Shown: positions 20,357 through 44,093 of the stretch, one piece after another | Position numbering within the stretch: position 1 is the first letter of the stretch | How the letters are laid out: every line of letters begins with the position of its first letter | Assembly (NCBI RefSeq): GCF_009914755.1 | Contig: NC_060926.1 | Direction: 5' to 3' (one strand) | Length of the DNA stretch: 64,000 bases | Source of the DNA: the human T2T-CHM13v2.0 reference genome, Homo sapiens | Made by a program: the position numbers and the translations under genes | Notes under the pieces: model-generated | Told to the model about the DNA's origin: nothing | The model's input: the letters and a program-made list of their open reading frames with translations, nothing else | Database searches by the model: none

Positions 20357-21308
20357 TTAGGATCTGCCTAGATAGCCTAGATAAATGTGAAAAATGTGGG
20401 TCTCTAAGTCTTGTCTCAACATTTCTATCATACTCATCATCTTTCTGTTCTCTTGCATTACGTGTGGGAATTATTCTTCTTTTTAATTTCCCATTTTGTA
20501 TTCAGTCTTCAATTGTGTCCATTCTGCTCTTCAGGTTACCAGTTGAGTTTTTATTTCAATGATTATATTGCCATCATCATTCATTAGTTCTGTTTCAGAA
20601 TATTCTATTCTTGTTTCATGATTATAATCTACTCTTGCTTTTTGATATATAAATTCAGCTTCCTTCTGTGTTAGTTCTGTCTGTTGAGTTCGGTGCTTCT
20701 CTTTCATGATTTTGCTCTTCCTTTAATGGTTGATGATGTTTGGTTTTCAGTTCATATGGGTATTTGGGATCCGAGAATTCTGCTTTGTTCAATAGAGTCT
20801 GCACCAGTTACTGTGAAGAAGGAGTAGAGTCTGCTGCCCTCTTGGGATGTGACAATAGCTCATCTACTGGAAATACCAGTTTCTCTTCCCTTCTGAGGGT
20901 AAAATAGTCCTCCAGGATACTGCCCTTCCTCTGACTGCAGTACTCACCCTCAGTCCTTCCACAAGGAGGGAACAGTTATGCTCTCTTCCACTTGCCAGGA
21001 CAGGAACCAACTAACCATTCTGGATGCTTCCCCCATCACACTAATGATTGCTAGAGAGACCCCTCTTACTCTTTACATCCATTGCTGTGTTTTTAGAACA
21101 ATCCTGGAGCCACTTCCACCTTTAGTAGAAGTACTTTCCTGCTTATATATTTTCCTGTGCCCAGCTAATTTTGTTTCTCTTTGGAATTTTTCAAAATGTC
21201 TGTTTGATGACAATATTTTTTCTAGTTTTTAGTCCTTTTATGAATGTATTTTTTTAAATTTTTTTATCTTTCATGGCAGCTCTGTAATTTCTCTATAGGA
21301 GAGATTTA

Positions 21309-22025
<717 letters not shown>

Positions 22026-23467
22026 GGTATGTGTGTTCTTGTTTATATTTATTTATTTTCCCAATAGCACCTGATGGCAAAGTATACCAAATATATGTTA
22101 TCTGTGTATCTAGAGAGAGAGAGAGAGAAACATCAGGTTAAAAATATCTTCCTTCCAAACAGATTGGAACCCTTAAAGCTCTTAAATAAATAAAATACAC
22201 TTAACTGTCCAAGGAGTCAAACAAGTTCATGAATGAGAGGACCTCTGAAAAGAGTCTTGAGGCTTAAGTAATTAAGAAAAGAAACATGTTTTAGAAAGTT
22301 TCTTGGCCCCTACAAGTTGTCCCTAGCTTTCAGGATAAAATTCAAACTCCTTACTTTTGCAAAGAAGACTTGGCTGGTGCTTCCTTCAGGCCGCATCTCC
22401 TACCACTTCTCTCCATCTCCTACTATGCCCCTTCTTCCCCAGCTATACTGAAGAACTTGCTGTTCTCCAAAGGAGTCATCTGTTTCCATTTCCGAACCTC
22501 CATAAATGTGTTTCCCTTCACTTGGAACATTTTGGCCCTGGCAAGACTATCTCATCAAGACACTAACACAGTTTAAAGATAATTTTTTGTTTAAAGAATG
22601 CATTTATTGCTATTAGCTACTGTTTCATCTCAATATATGCAGTATTATCTTCTTTTTCAAGGGTGCCACAGCAATGATTTATATGCCAGCCTCCCCCAGT
22701 TGATTCTTAGGCTATCGATATCTCTGAGCTTTGGCTGTGCAGTGACAGTGTATTAAATAGCCAGAAAGGCTTTCATTTGGGCCTTCACCACTTTTTCCCT
22801 CGCCAGGAGATAGCATGTTGACTTTAGTAATGATTTGTGAACAGGAGTTAACAGACCTGGGTCTTAGTTCAGATTCTGATAAATATGACTTTGACTAGCC
22901 AGTTTAATTTCTGTGGGCATCCATTTTTATGTCTGCAAGATGAGGGTATCAGAAAGAGGCTCATGAAACTTTCTCCCAGGTCTCAAGTTAGATAACAGAT
23001 CAAATCAGTTTTGGCTTTTTTTACATTTCTAGATTAATTTAATTTTAGTTACTCAGTAACTACTTATCATTTAAAATACTCAAATAATACTGATTAAATA
23101 AATGTCCCCCCATGAGTACTGGAATTCTTCCTTCTCATTCTTTACATTGCTGCACAGTATGCTAAATTGGCTAAGAAGAACTAAAACAAAGGTCCCCCAT
23201 GCACACAGACATTCAGAAGTACCCTTGAGATGGGGGGTAGAGAATGATGACAGAGCATTTTCAATTGGATGCCATAGGAAATCTGAAAACTGCAACCTGA
23301 AGCTAAGTGAGCATCAGCTATGGGCAAATGCCTCTCTGGAAAGGATATCAGGGCTGACATGAAGGGTGCTGACTCCTTTGAGGTTCAGGTCAAGGTTGCA
23401 CACTAAAGGGAGCTTAGAAAGAACAGTAAATCCTTGAGAGAGCTCAGGAATCTCACAGCAGAGTGAG

Positions 23468-23810
23468 TGTATTAGTCCATTCTCATGCTGCTAGGAAGAC
23501 CTACCCAAGACTGGGTAATTTATAAAGAAAAGGAGTTTAATTGACTCACAGTTCTCCATGGCTAGGGAGGCCTTAGGAAACTTACAATCAAGGTGGAAGG
23601 CAAAACAGGCATGTCTCACATGGCAGCAGGCGAGAGAAGTGAGTGCCGAGGGAAGGAGGATGGACGCCCCTTATAAAACCATCAGATCTCATGAGAACTC
23701 ACTCACTATCATGAGAACAGCAGCATGGGGGTAACTGCCCCCGTGATTCAATTACCTCCCACAACACCTGGGGATTATGGGAGCTACAATTCAAGACGAG
23801 AACCATATCA
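23468..23810 (-). mobile_element. THE1 (MaLR) solo LTR with 5-bp TSD
   Basis: TG...CA termini (TGTATTAGTCCATTCTCA...AACCATATCA); TTATAAAACCATCAGATCTC motif; TSD GTGAG at 23463-23467 and 23811-23815. Confidence 0.9.
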
Positions 23811-24339
23811 GTGAGCTTGTCTGCTGAGTCACTGGAGCTGTAAAGACAGGAGACAATAGAGAATCCCTTATCTCACTCCTTAATATAGGACCGTGGGTCT
23901 TGTGAAAGAAATTCATGCAATTATTGGCCAGAGCAAGAAGGAACCTGAAAGCTTCCCTTTCCTGCTAGTATGGAGGCTGCCGAGAGAGGTCAGTGACCTG
24001 CATGCCTTGAAAAGTTGTCAAGTTGTCTCACTAGTGAGAAAAAAGCCCTGGACCAGTAGAAGGCAGCATGATGGAACAAAACAGCAAAAGGAAGAAGAAG
24101 AAGACCAGTCTTACTGAAAACATCAAGCTGGCCAAGGAAGACTGATAAACTAACTTCAAAGGCGATGGTAACTACATGAACTGTAGACTACTGAATGCCA
24201 GGCATGATGCTAGGGGCTTTTAGTCAACATCTCCTGTGGTCCTCAAAAGCACTCTAGAAAAGGTTTTATTACACATCCCCTCTGGACATGTGAAGTCATA
24301 GAGACCCTCCTACCCTCCCTCCCTGCCTTTCTTCCTTCT

Positions 24340-25400
<1,061 letters not shown>

Positions 25401-26469
25401 GTTAGGGTAACAAGTAAATCCCAATCCCAGTGGCTTAACCGAGTAGAATTTTGTTTGGTGTTCCTGACTGGTGCAATCCCCTCTACCTGGTCACACAGAA
25501 AATGAGGCTTTTTCTGTCTTTTGGTTCCACTCTCCTCAAAGTCTCAAAAGTCCTCATTCAGGCATCAGATCGCAAATGAGCAAACGCCTCACGGGCCTGG
25601 ACAGAAAGTGTTATACTTCATGTTAACTCACATCCTACTAGCTAGAATCTAGCCACTTGACTGCACAAAATGGCAAAGGGCAGGGAAATAGAGTCTGTGA
25701 CTGTGCCCAGGAAAAGGAGAACCTTTGTGGTAATCTTCCAACAATCTCTGCTACCATTTTGTCTTTGAAGGTAGAGACCACAGGACATGGAAGTGGATTG
25801 GATGAGATTGGTGAGAGAAATCAAGAATGAAACCTAGGATTTCTCTCACTCGTGCTTCTTGGTAACAGAGGTGAAAGATCTAGGAGATGTGCTTGATTTC
25901 TCTCCTTCCCTTCATCCTACCTGTTGTACTGAAAGAAGGGATGATGAGTGGAAGAAGATGCAAAGATCTTGCCCATAGCAATTGAGCAGGACATCAAGGC
26001 AGAAAGGAAGTTGTCTCTAAAGGCAGGCTGTTTCCGATGACACAAATTATTTCTTTGAAGAAGGATGCACTCGGCCTACCTAACTATATCTAATACTTCA
26101 TGGACAAAGCCACTAGCCCTGGTGGCAGCTACTCTTGCCAGCGTTATCAGTACCAAAGATCCTAAGATCAAACATTTTCCTGGTAGATTTTTCCCTTCAC
26201 TGTGCCAGAGGATGTGGAATGACAATGGACATAGCATTACATTTAACTAAACCCCTTTCCAAAACTTCCAAGTGAATAATCAAATCAACTTGAGAATATT
26301 CCAAATAGGAAAGTGTGAACTCTTTGAGATGATATTTTATTAATCTTTATATCCCTACCTACTATATACAGCATAATGCTCAACATAAACAATGCCCTCA
26401 GTAAACATTTGCAAAAAATTAAATATCTATTTAGACGCTAAGATATAGACCTCAAGTACACTGGAGTTA

Positions 26470-28425
<1,956 letters not shown>

Positions 28426-29361
28426 ATAAGGGCAGCATAGCAGTGATTTACAACAGGTAGAATTTGAGCCAGCTGATCTCTTGGTTTCTAACACTGAGTT
28501 CGGTGATTCCCTGACTAGTTAGAGAAGACAAGAGGCAAGGAAAGAAGACATGTTTTCAAGACTTAGAGGAACAGGAAGCAGTCTGATTGGAATAAATGCA
28601 TATGGGGGGGGTACTGGTCAATAAATTTGGAGAGGCAAATCATAGATCGAGGAGCTGTGTGTTATTAGGAGTTTGGGAGGTGGGCAGAGGAAGAATATTA
28701 AATCCATTAATCACTGTCTTCTTTTCCTCATTCTTATTTCCTCCTCTTCGTATTTCTCCTTCTTGTCTTAGTTTTTGCATCTGAATGTCCTTAGACTGCT
28801 AACCTTTTAAACTTACCCTTTGTTTTAATATCTATATTAGCTCACTTCTTCCTACAAATCAGGATAGATTGTTATGCTAGCAGTAATAAATGACCCCAAA
28901 ATCTCAATAACGTAAAATAACAAAAGTTTATAGTTCATTCATGTTATATAAAATCCAGGGATCAATTGGAATCAGGGTGAAAGAGCAGCTGTCATCACAA
29001 ATGTTTCCCGCCATGCCAGAAGGAAAGAGTTCTGGAGCATTAGCAATCAAATTCTCACTCTAAGATGACATACATAATTTTTGCTCACATCTCATTAGCC
29101 AAAAATAATCACATGGTTCCACCAAACCACAGAGGGACACACATACAATGCTATCATGTTTGCTGGAAGTTGACAAGCTGGAAATATTTGGTGAAGATTA
29201 CTAACAACTGTCACACTGCATTAACAACTGGAAGTCCGACATCAATTTTGGATCTCTTTCTGACATCTGTTTACCCATAAACTTGAAAGTGCATTATTCC
29301 ATTCGGTGTTGTACATAGGCTCATATTCACTGTCTCAAAGCTTTTTGATATACAATAATTA

Positions 29362-31150
<1,789 letters not shown>

Positions 31151-31316
31151 TGAAAGGAACTTTTATCAGTGTATCTTCTCTCAGCTCCTCATGAGGCTTA
31201 TCCTGGGTGGTGTGTGCTGGAGGCTGGGCAGAGGGTGCTTCTTAGACAACTTCCAAGGTAAGTTCATAGGCAACATTTCCTTTGCTACTCTCTCTTTTCT
31301 TCTCTCTCGTCCTCAG

Positions 31317-31463
31317 GATTACCCTCTGCATCTTTTCCATATGAAAACCCCATTTCCTCTTTCCTTTATTGAATGCCCCTCAAAATCAGAACTTAAATCA
31401 TTAGGCATTATTCTCTATTTCCTTGATGATATGGAGGATGAGATTTTCAGACACTATGCAGAG
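31317..31463 (+). other. Candidate alternative upstream exon of TNFAIP6 (147 nt, open frame)
   Basis: Long polypyrimidine tract + cctcag| at 31316; donor GAG|gtaagg at 31464; stop-free frame with ATGs at 31341 and 31431. No transcript evidence available. Confidence 0.4.
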
Positions 31464-33206
31464 GTAAGGGGAAATATTTATATTCTGCATGAGAGTTGGG
31501 AGAGGGGAGAAAGAAATCCTCCACCCCAGATCGGGTTAATTCATCAAAGCAACTCATTAAATTTTCGTGTTAAAAGAAGTTGAACATTCACACTTCGCTC
31601 TACTTGGAGCTTCATTAAAATGCAAATGAACACAGAAGTGTATCTGTTCTTAGTTATCTGGCCTAACTAAAGATTAATTGCAAACCCTTTCCTGAGAGTA
31701 ATTTTTGATAAATGAGAACTAGGGGGAAATTAGGTGCTTGAGAGAGATGCAGAAAGGGCACAGCTGGAGGATGTGACAAGAAAAGAATTGGAAAGACTAT
31801 GGGAAGGTTTTGCTGTAGCACTGCACAACTAAAGTTATATTTACTTCCTAAACCACAAACTTAAAATACGCATATAATTATACTTTCCAAAGAAATATCA
31901 TGGTTTATTCCTTCCAACTACCTATGAATCTTGCTCTCAGTAACCATGCCTGTCTTCTCCATAGTCACACCCACCTGGTCTAAACTATACCTTTCTCTTT
32001 TGCAACAAACTTAAATTCACTAACCCTATCTGTGAACTTGGATACAATTCCCTCATCTTTCATGTGCCACCAGTCCAAAATAAAGATTTTCAATGCTAGT
32101 AACTTTATGTATACCTCAGTGAGCATCCAATAAATTCTGTACTCTCAGCCTACATCCCCATAACTGCTCTTTTGAGAAGAGATGAGACCAGAACACACCT
32201 GAGATGTTCAAAGCAAAGATGTCTAAGGGATTCAAAGCTAACTTCAAACCAGAGCATGTCTAGCAAGTTGGCTTTTTCAAAGAACTCCAACATCATTGGA
32301 GGGACTAAGAAAGCATGGGAGAAATGAATGCTATAATAGGAGTGAATGGGAAGCAATTTGAGACCAAAAGTAGAGAATCTAAGTAGCAAAAAATGACCAA
32401 TTTTGTAAAAAAATCAAAAGTTGCCAATAAATGGCTATCAATGAACAATAGGAAATGCCATTAGCATCAGCGGTAGTGGGAGTATTATCAGATATGTTAC
32501 CCAAGGATTCTACACAAAGGAAGAGGAAAGTTTGGGATATTTGAAGACATGATGACTTTACTGTAATAATTATTATCTATTACCTTGATCGTCTTCTTCA
32601 AAGTTAGAGTGGTCTAGGGAAGCTAGGGACAAGTTTTTATTAACTTTGTTAGTCTACCCACCTTTCTCCCAACACTTCAAGAATTTGTGGCCTGGGAAAA
32701 CTGTGTTATAATAGGACATCCCAAAGCTGCTGGAACATCCTGACGCTCTGAAATTGAAATACTTTTCTGGGAGCTGATACATTTATTTAGCTGCTGACCA
32801 TAACACACCAAAGACTGCAACAGACCCCACCCTGGAAGAAAAGCAGGCAGAGAATAAGGAAGTCATATATCACTGGAGAAAAATTAGGATTCTCCAAGCT
32901 GTGCATACTTTTTGTTTTAAATTTTTTACACAGGCTTGACAATGTTTAGAAAAGCCAGTCCAACATTACCAATAAAAGATTAGTGTTTAACCCCATATCC
33001 CATAATTGACACTGCAAATAAGACATTTAGGATTTATCTTGAAATTCCTACTGAAGTTCGATTTTCTTTTAATCACTGCTAAATCTGCATCAAGTTACAC
33101 AAACTTTCTAACAGAAAAGTGTTTGTGACTAACAATAAATGAACTCCGTTCTTAGTAAGTTAATTTTAAAACATAGATGATCATTCTATCTCCTTAGTTT
33201 TGGTTG

Positions 33207-33345
33207 CCAATGCAAATGAGTCAGAGGATTTGCTTCAGACACTGAGATAATTGTGTAACTCTACAGCGGAAAATGCCATTGGAGAGTACTTGCTGACCTC
33301 ACAGTTGAAAAAAACTATTTAAAAGATGTGGAAACCAGATGTTTC
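33207..33345 (+). promoter_or_regulatory. TNFAIP6 proximal promoter: CCAAT, octamer, AP-1, two C/EBP (NF-IL6)-like sites, TATA-like box
   Basis: CCAAT 33207-33211; ATGCAAAT 33210-33217; TGAGTCA 33217-33223; ATTTGCTTCA 33228-33237; TTGTGTAACT 33251-33260; GGAAAATGCC 33268-33277; TATTTAAAA 33316-33324. AP-1 and NF-IL6 control of TSG-6 is established. Confidence 0.85.
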
Positions 33346-33420
33346 AGTCACATTTCAGCCACTGCTCTGAGAATTTGTGAGCAGCCCCTAACAGGCTGTT
33401 ACTTCACTACAACTGACGAT
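33346..33420 (+). other. TNFAIP6: TNFAIP6 5'UTR (approximate TSS)
   Basis: Inr-like TCAGTC about 30 bp downstream of TATTTAAAA (33316-33324); contiguous with the ATG exon. Exact TSS is inferred. Confidence 0.7.
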
Positions 33421-33514
33421 ATGATCATCTTAATTTACTTATTTCTCTTGCTATGGGAAGACACTCAAGGATGGGGATTCAAGGATGGAATTTTTCATAA
33501 CTCCATATGGCTTG
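33421..33514 (+). CDS. TNFAIP6: TSG-6 coding exon 1 (signal peptide MIILIYLFLLLWEDTQG + WGFKDGIFHNSIWL)
   Basis: ATG at 33421; translation matches the TSG-6 N-terminus; donor CTTG|gtaaga at 33515; 94 nt, phase 1. Confidence 0.98.
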
Positions 33515-34904
33515 GTAAGAACCTTCACTCATGAGCCTCTTGTTGAGAATGTCAATTCTTTAAATCATGGAGAAGGAAATTTAAAGCAGTAACTTTTTCT
33601 ATTCTGTACAAGGCTGATGTTCTCAAAGAAAATGCTTAGGAAAGATAGCCTTTGGAATACATATGCTTTTTTTTTTTTAAGCGTTCTTGTCCTCTAAAAT
33701 TTAAAAATAGCATTTTATAAAGTGAATTGTTCAGTAGAAAATAGCAGTTAATATTTATATTCAGTATGAAAATATATTTTTAAACTTTTCAAAGCAGATG
33801 TAGTAGTACAGTGAGGAGTATTTCTTTAACCAACTAGAAACTCCAATATAGTCTTCTGTTTTTATGTCAATGCATTTACAATCAGATTTCAGAATCCTAA
33901 CAGGTAAATTGGAGTCTACGAAAATTTTATAATAATTGCTTCATGGACTCTGAGCTATAGTCTATATCTTAGTTTTTTCAAACATTTTGACTATTTTGAC
34001 CAAGCCAGCTTGCAGTACAGAAAAAAGTGAAAAATGTTTCTCCTTCTGAATGCATTCTTACCACTTTGATTCTTTCTGTTTCTACTATCCATATAAATAC
34101 TTTTCTGACCCTTTTGTTAGACAAGGAAAGTTTCTTTTGTTATTTTGTTTTGTTAAATGTAAGGAATGAGACAGGCCAAACAGTGAAGATAAACAATAGA
34201 TCAAAAAAGGAAAATGCAGAAAATCCAAAACACCCCTTAGATTACAGTATGCTAAACAATGCTTTAATTCTCATGATACAAATTGATATTGCTCTATGTT
34301 CATTATTGTGTTTAATAGTAAAAAAAAATTGAATTTCTTGGGGAAAAATGCATAGATTCTTGCATAGAATAAAGAAATAAAGAGAAGGCGAAATTAACCT
34401 AGATTTTGATTTTATGCTTTCTAAACAGCACAGTTGTAGAATATTTTCCCTTTCAGCATGTTTCTCTCTGGTAATAACTGCAACCATGCAGATTTCATTA
34501 AAAAGCCTAATTTGTAATGCACAGCCTTGCCGCCTATTTTTTTCAGCTTGAGCCAGTGAACTAATTTCACTGTGATCCATTTGGCCAAGACGGGATCTGA
34601 AATTTAGTAGAGGAATGAGCCCATCTCTTTATTTTAGTTGAATACAGTCAAATATAGGAAATACACTCATATTTGTCAGGATTTTTTTTAAATGTCATAA
34701 AGCTAGTAAGAATTAAATCCAGGCAGATAAACTTTGAAATATTATCAAACCCTCTAATAATCAAGTAATTTAGAGTTGTCTTTTAAAGTGTTGTCATATG
34801 TTACAAAAATATAAACCTGGACAATAGAAGTTTTGCCCCAGAGGTAGAGAGAAGCAAATTCAAACGTCTATTAATGTATGCTACAAATCTGAGGGTCAGG
34901 ATAA

Positions 34905-35536
<632 letters not shown>

Positions 35537-35770
35537 CTTTAAATTCTCTAGGTTATGGTTCCAATCTGGTAAAATGATAAGGTTGAAGTAAAGGATCCCT
35601 AAGGCTTATTTTAACTCTGGTATCATCTAATTTTTAAAATAGTACTTAAAACAAAAACAAACCACAGTTAAGGACAAGAAATTACAATCATTTTACATGG
35701 ATCATGAGAATAAAAAATGCACAGATAAGCAATTATTTTTATTGTTGAATCTGAAAAAGAAGGGAAAGGA

Positions 35771-39478
<3,708 letters not shown>

Positions 39479-39702
39479 CTAAAGTTTCTGTTTATGGCCC
39501 CAAATTCCCCTAAAATTCCCCCTCATTCAGATTTTTCCCCAAAGTTTCCTAACAGTGAAAACTTAGCTACCCAAGGCAGCCAACCCAGAAAGCCCTTTGG
39601 CAGGAACAATAGCTGTTGTAATCTTCCAGCTGAGGCCACAGAATTTCCCCTGTTCCGTAAGAAGGAACAACAGTGCTTTTATGACATCATCTGATTTTGC
39701 AG

Positions 39703-39840
39703 AACGAGCAGCCGGTGTGTACCACAGAGAAGCACGGTCTGGCAAATACAAGCTCACCTACGCAGAAGCTAAGGCGGTGTGTGAATTTGAAGGCGGCCAT
39801 CTCGCAACTTACAAGCAGCTAGAGGCAGCCAGAAAAATTG
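39703..39840 (+). CDS. TNFAIP6: TSG-6 coding exon 2 (Link module N-half, ERAAGVYHREARSGKYKLTYAEAKAVCEFEGGHLATYKQLEAARKIG)
   Basis: Acceptor ttttgcag|AA, donor ATTG|gtaact; 138 nt; Link-domain motif within ORF 39597..39848. Confidence 0.98.
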
Positions 39841-40834
39841 GTAACTGATTTCACAATGATTTTTCTTCTTTTTTATCCTTGGAGGAAAAAAATCCATCTT
39901 TCCTAAGCCCTAGTAAGACTTCTTTCTCCAACCCCCTTCTGATATATCACTAAGCCCCTAGGACATTTCTGCTCTCTGACTTCTCCTATCCATCTGCCTA
40001 GAGTTGGCAGACAGTTCCTAGTACCACCAACTTATGTGGAGTCTTAACCCAGTGTGACCTAATAAAATACAAGTCAAAAGAAAATGAAAACCTCATTATT
40101 TCAATATTATTTAAATTTCTCATTAATTTCAATGCCATTGCTATTCTTTTTAGTATTGTTCTATCTCTTTGACTTCTCAGTATGGTGGCTGTTAAATGAT
40201 GCTATAGTACTATATTGAGTCTTACAAGGAAATTTACTTGGTAGAGAAATATTGAATTTAGTGGCTTTTTTCCCCAATTTTTTTCCATTAAGTGGGAGAA
40301 TGTATTTGTACTTCAGGATCAAAAGCTATAAGGAAAAAGAGGACAGGAAGGTCGTGAGATAGAAGCAGAAAGAAACTGGGAAGATGGTATCAGAAGACCT
40401 GGTGAAAATCCCAGCAATCAACTGGTGTTACATGCTTCTTTATACAAAAGTGGATTGCTACCATCTCTCTTGGCCTTTGGGGAGAATGGGCCACCCCCAT
40501 TCAGAACTCCTTTGCTGACTGGATAACATCCGGCAAAGTTGATACATTACTCAAGAAAAAAAATAAGAGTGTTTTCTCAAATGCCCCAAAGCCTCCCCAG
40601 ATGACTGCTGGTCTGTAATCAGGGGGCGGCATGGGGCATAGTAACTGGAGTGGAAGAGACAAAGCCCATAGTCTTTACTGGCCATCCTGGACCTCTAGTA
40701 AAATTGCTCTTGGTGGCATTGACAGATACTAAAACAGCCTCTGAGGCTGAGCAAAGGAAACAGGGCTGAGCCTTTGTTTGAAATGTATGAGAGAATTTAT
40801 CTTTATTCAAATCTTCTAAAACATTATGAATATC

Positions 40835-41419
<585 letters not shown>

Positions 41420-41815
41420 TTACAAATATCTTAATTGATCCTAAAATAGAAATTAAATTACCACTTGAAAATATTTTTTCAAAATTGATAATTTCAGAAA
41501 TTGTCTCATGGCATTCCATACGTCATTTGTGAAAAGAAGCCAGCTCTGAACTTGGATTAGTTTCATACCCACAATAATTTGTAGTCCATTTGCATTTTTT
41601 TCAAGTAAGAGGTAGTTTTCCAATAAAAATCAGAAGTTATATTTCATGTGTATTCACACTTTGTCTAATTAAGGAAGCAATTTTCTCCCTTTTACATGAA
41701 CTGGATTTGACCAGTTAAGAAACTTACTATTGGAAGTGGCTATCTTTGCTAAGATGACTTTTGCTTAGCCAAGACAGTTTACCTGTTTAGTCCATAACTC
41801 TTTTTCTTCTTGCAG

Positions 41816-41977
41816 GATTTCATGTCTGTGCTGCTGGATGGATGGCTAAGGGCAGAGTTGGATACCCCATTGTGAAGCCAGGGCCCAACTGTGGATTTGG
41901 AAAAACTGGCATTATTGATTATGGAATCCGTCTCAATAGGAGTGAAAGATGGGATGCCTATTGCTACAACCCACACG
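41816..41977 (+). CDS. TNFAIP6: TSG-6 coding exon 3 (Link module C-half, FHVCAAGWMAKGRVGYPIVKPGPNCG...WDAYCYNPH)
   Basis: Polypyrimidine tract + tgcag|GA; donor CACG|gtgtgt; 162 nt; Link motifs CxAGW and WDAYCY. Confidence 0.98.
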
Positions 41978-44093
41978 GTGTGTTAAAAATAATAATTTTA
42001 TGTTTTGCAAAAACAGTTCCATGCTGCTAAGAGGTTGTTAAAAAAGAAATGGCTACTTTTTCCAGAAATAATTGATTTTGGTAATAATAACTACTACTAA
42101 TAACTACAATTCATAAAGTGCTTATACTATACCCGACATTGAGTTGTGTTCCTTCGTCTACACTCTAACTTAATATTCACAATAATTCTTCAAGGAGCTA
42201 TTGTTATACCTATTTTAGAAATCAGGAAATTGAAACTTAGAGAATTAAGTAACCCCAAATCAGGAGTCAATAATGATTAGGCAGATGGGACTGAGAATTC
42301 AGATCTTCTCTGTGCCAGGGAACTTCCCAGCCATAAAGAAAAAGAAAATAAAAAAGCAGATTAAAAACTTGTCACAGTAAATTAGCTAAAACAATAAAGT
42401 GATGCTACCAAATGGTAACTATTCAAAATTGTCCTTTTGATACAACGGGGAAAAGGAGACAAAGTAAACAAATAAATTCTTTCCTTAATTTCTTTTTGTG
42501 TATATATGCTAGTACTTCCAAACTAAGCAACTCTAATTCTATAGTTTAACAATTATATACTGTATATACTAGCTATCATTATACCATATATTTTTATTCA
42601 TATTTTTTCCATGTTTGCTTGCAACTAGGAAATAATGAGAAAATTAACTCATAATTACTATAAAGAATTATTCTTAGGTCACGTTCTTGGAGAAAAAGTA
42701 GGCTGTTCTTTTTGGGTATATTTCCACCAGGACAATGTTACAAAATATTACAGTATGTTACAAAGTCTTCCTGGCATTTAGGATCATAAACATCCTCAGA
42801 TGTGTCCCATTTGGATTTACCCTATAAGAAATTCCATAACACAGTAGGAGAGTTACATAGTGAGGTTTTAGTGTATTATTATAAAATCTATTATTTAATT
42901 ATATTAACATTTGGAGAATAGTTTCTCATGTCTGTAACTAACCTATATCTCAAAATTATGTGTAGTCCAAGTAGAAAGATTTTTGCCTACAGCTACAACT
43001 AGTCTTAACTGAGACAAAATAGGAATAAATACTTAACAGTGCATTTATGTAACTTTAACTTTCAAGTCACTTTGACATGCTTTAAGCTTATTTAGTCCTA
43101 TACTATACAGTACTAATTTAGTCCTATATTTAGTTATGTCAACAATATGTATCTTCCTTTCCTCCCTCCCTCTCTTACATTTTCTTAAATATATTTATGC
43201 AGACCACTCTTTTTTACTCTTAAGAGTAACTCTTCTTTTCAAATGTATTCTCTGATTCTTCTTTCACTTGATAAACTTTAGGATCTCTGAGCTTCCACTG
43301 GATAATTTCCATAGATTAAACTCTAGAGTCATTGAAGAAGTGCCAATGAAATGGTCCTTTCAGTATTTCATTGCCCTTTCATAAGAATATAATCCTAAAT
43401 TATAAATTATTATAAGTTGCTTTCTTTTCTCAGAGAGGCTGAATACACTCTGGGAATACAGAATCCTGGGAGATTTGTTTTTACCCAATTCTCAGTGCAT
43501 TTAGCTCGCTTTTGGATTTGGTGGTATGCTGACTATTTAGGATGTGGTTAACTTGAAGGAGACTTGACCGCCTGAACTAGCACTAGGGGAACAGCTCACT
43601 GAAACATCACTGGAATAAAAAAAAATAATAATGGCTTCACAAAAATAAAGCAATCATTATTGATTAATCAATGTCACCAAGTTAGAGCTGATATTCTAAA
43701 TAATAGATGAGGCAGTAACTAGATATAACATAAAATATAGATCTAAATAAATATAGCCAAATAGGCAGCCAAATTAGTTCAATATTTGAATTTTTTCTAA
43801 TCTATTAATATATACAACAAAGATTGGATGCTATGGGATGGAACAACTCACTCCTAAAGCTGGCAATGTACATCCTTATGCAGACATACAAACTATGTGT
43901 TGTATATTTTATTATACAGTAAGAATAGCTTATGGGTTGCATAACATCCTTAAATTATTTTCTGTATTTTATCCTTAGAATAACCCTGTGTGATAGATAA
44001 TGGGAAAGGTATGGCTACATTTATTTTACCAATGAAGAAAATGAAGTGTAGAGTAGTCACCAAGCTTGAACTAGATCCTTGACCTTCATTTGT

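Noticed and set aside
23367-23400. Nuclear-receptor half-sites GGTTCAGGTCAAGGTT and TGCTGACTC
   Set aside because: Spacing does not fit a clear DR/IR element and there is no other support.
31258-31316. Perfect donor AAG|GTAAGT followed by a strong acceptor, suggesting a mini-intron
   Set aside because: At 59 nt it is below the usual minimum human intron size. The two sites are more likely alternatives or unused.
31401-31424. LGIILYFL in the candidate upstream exon resembles the signal peptide MIILIYLFL
   Set aside because: Too short and low-complexity, with no convincing nucleotide alignment to exon 1; likely chance.
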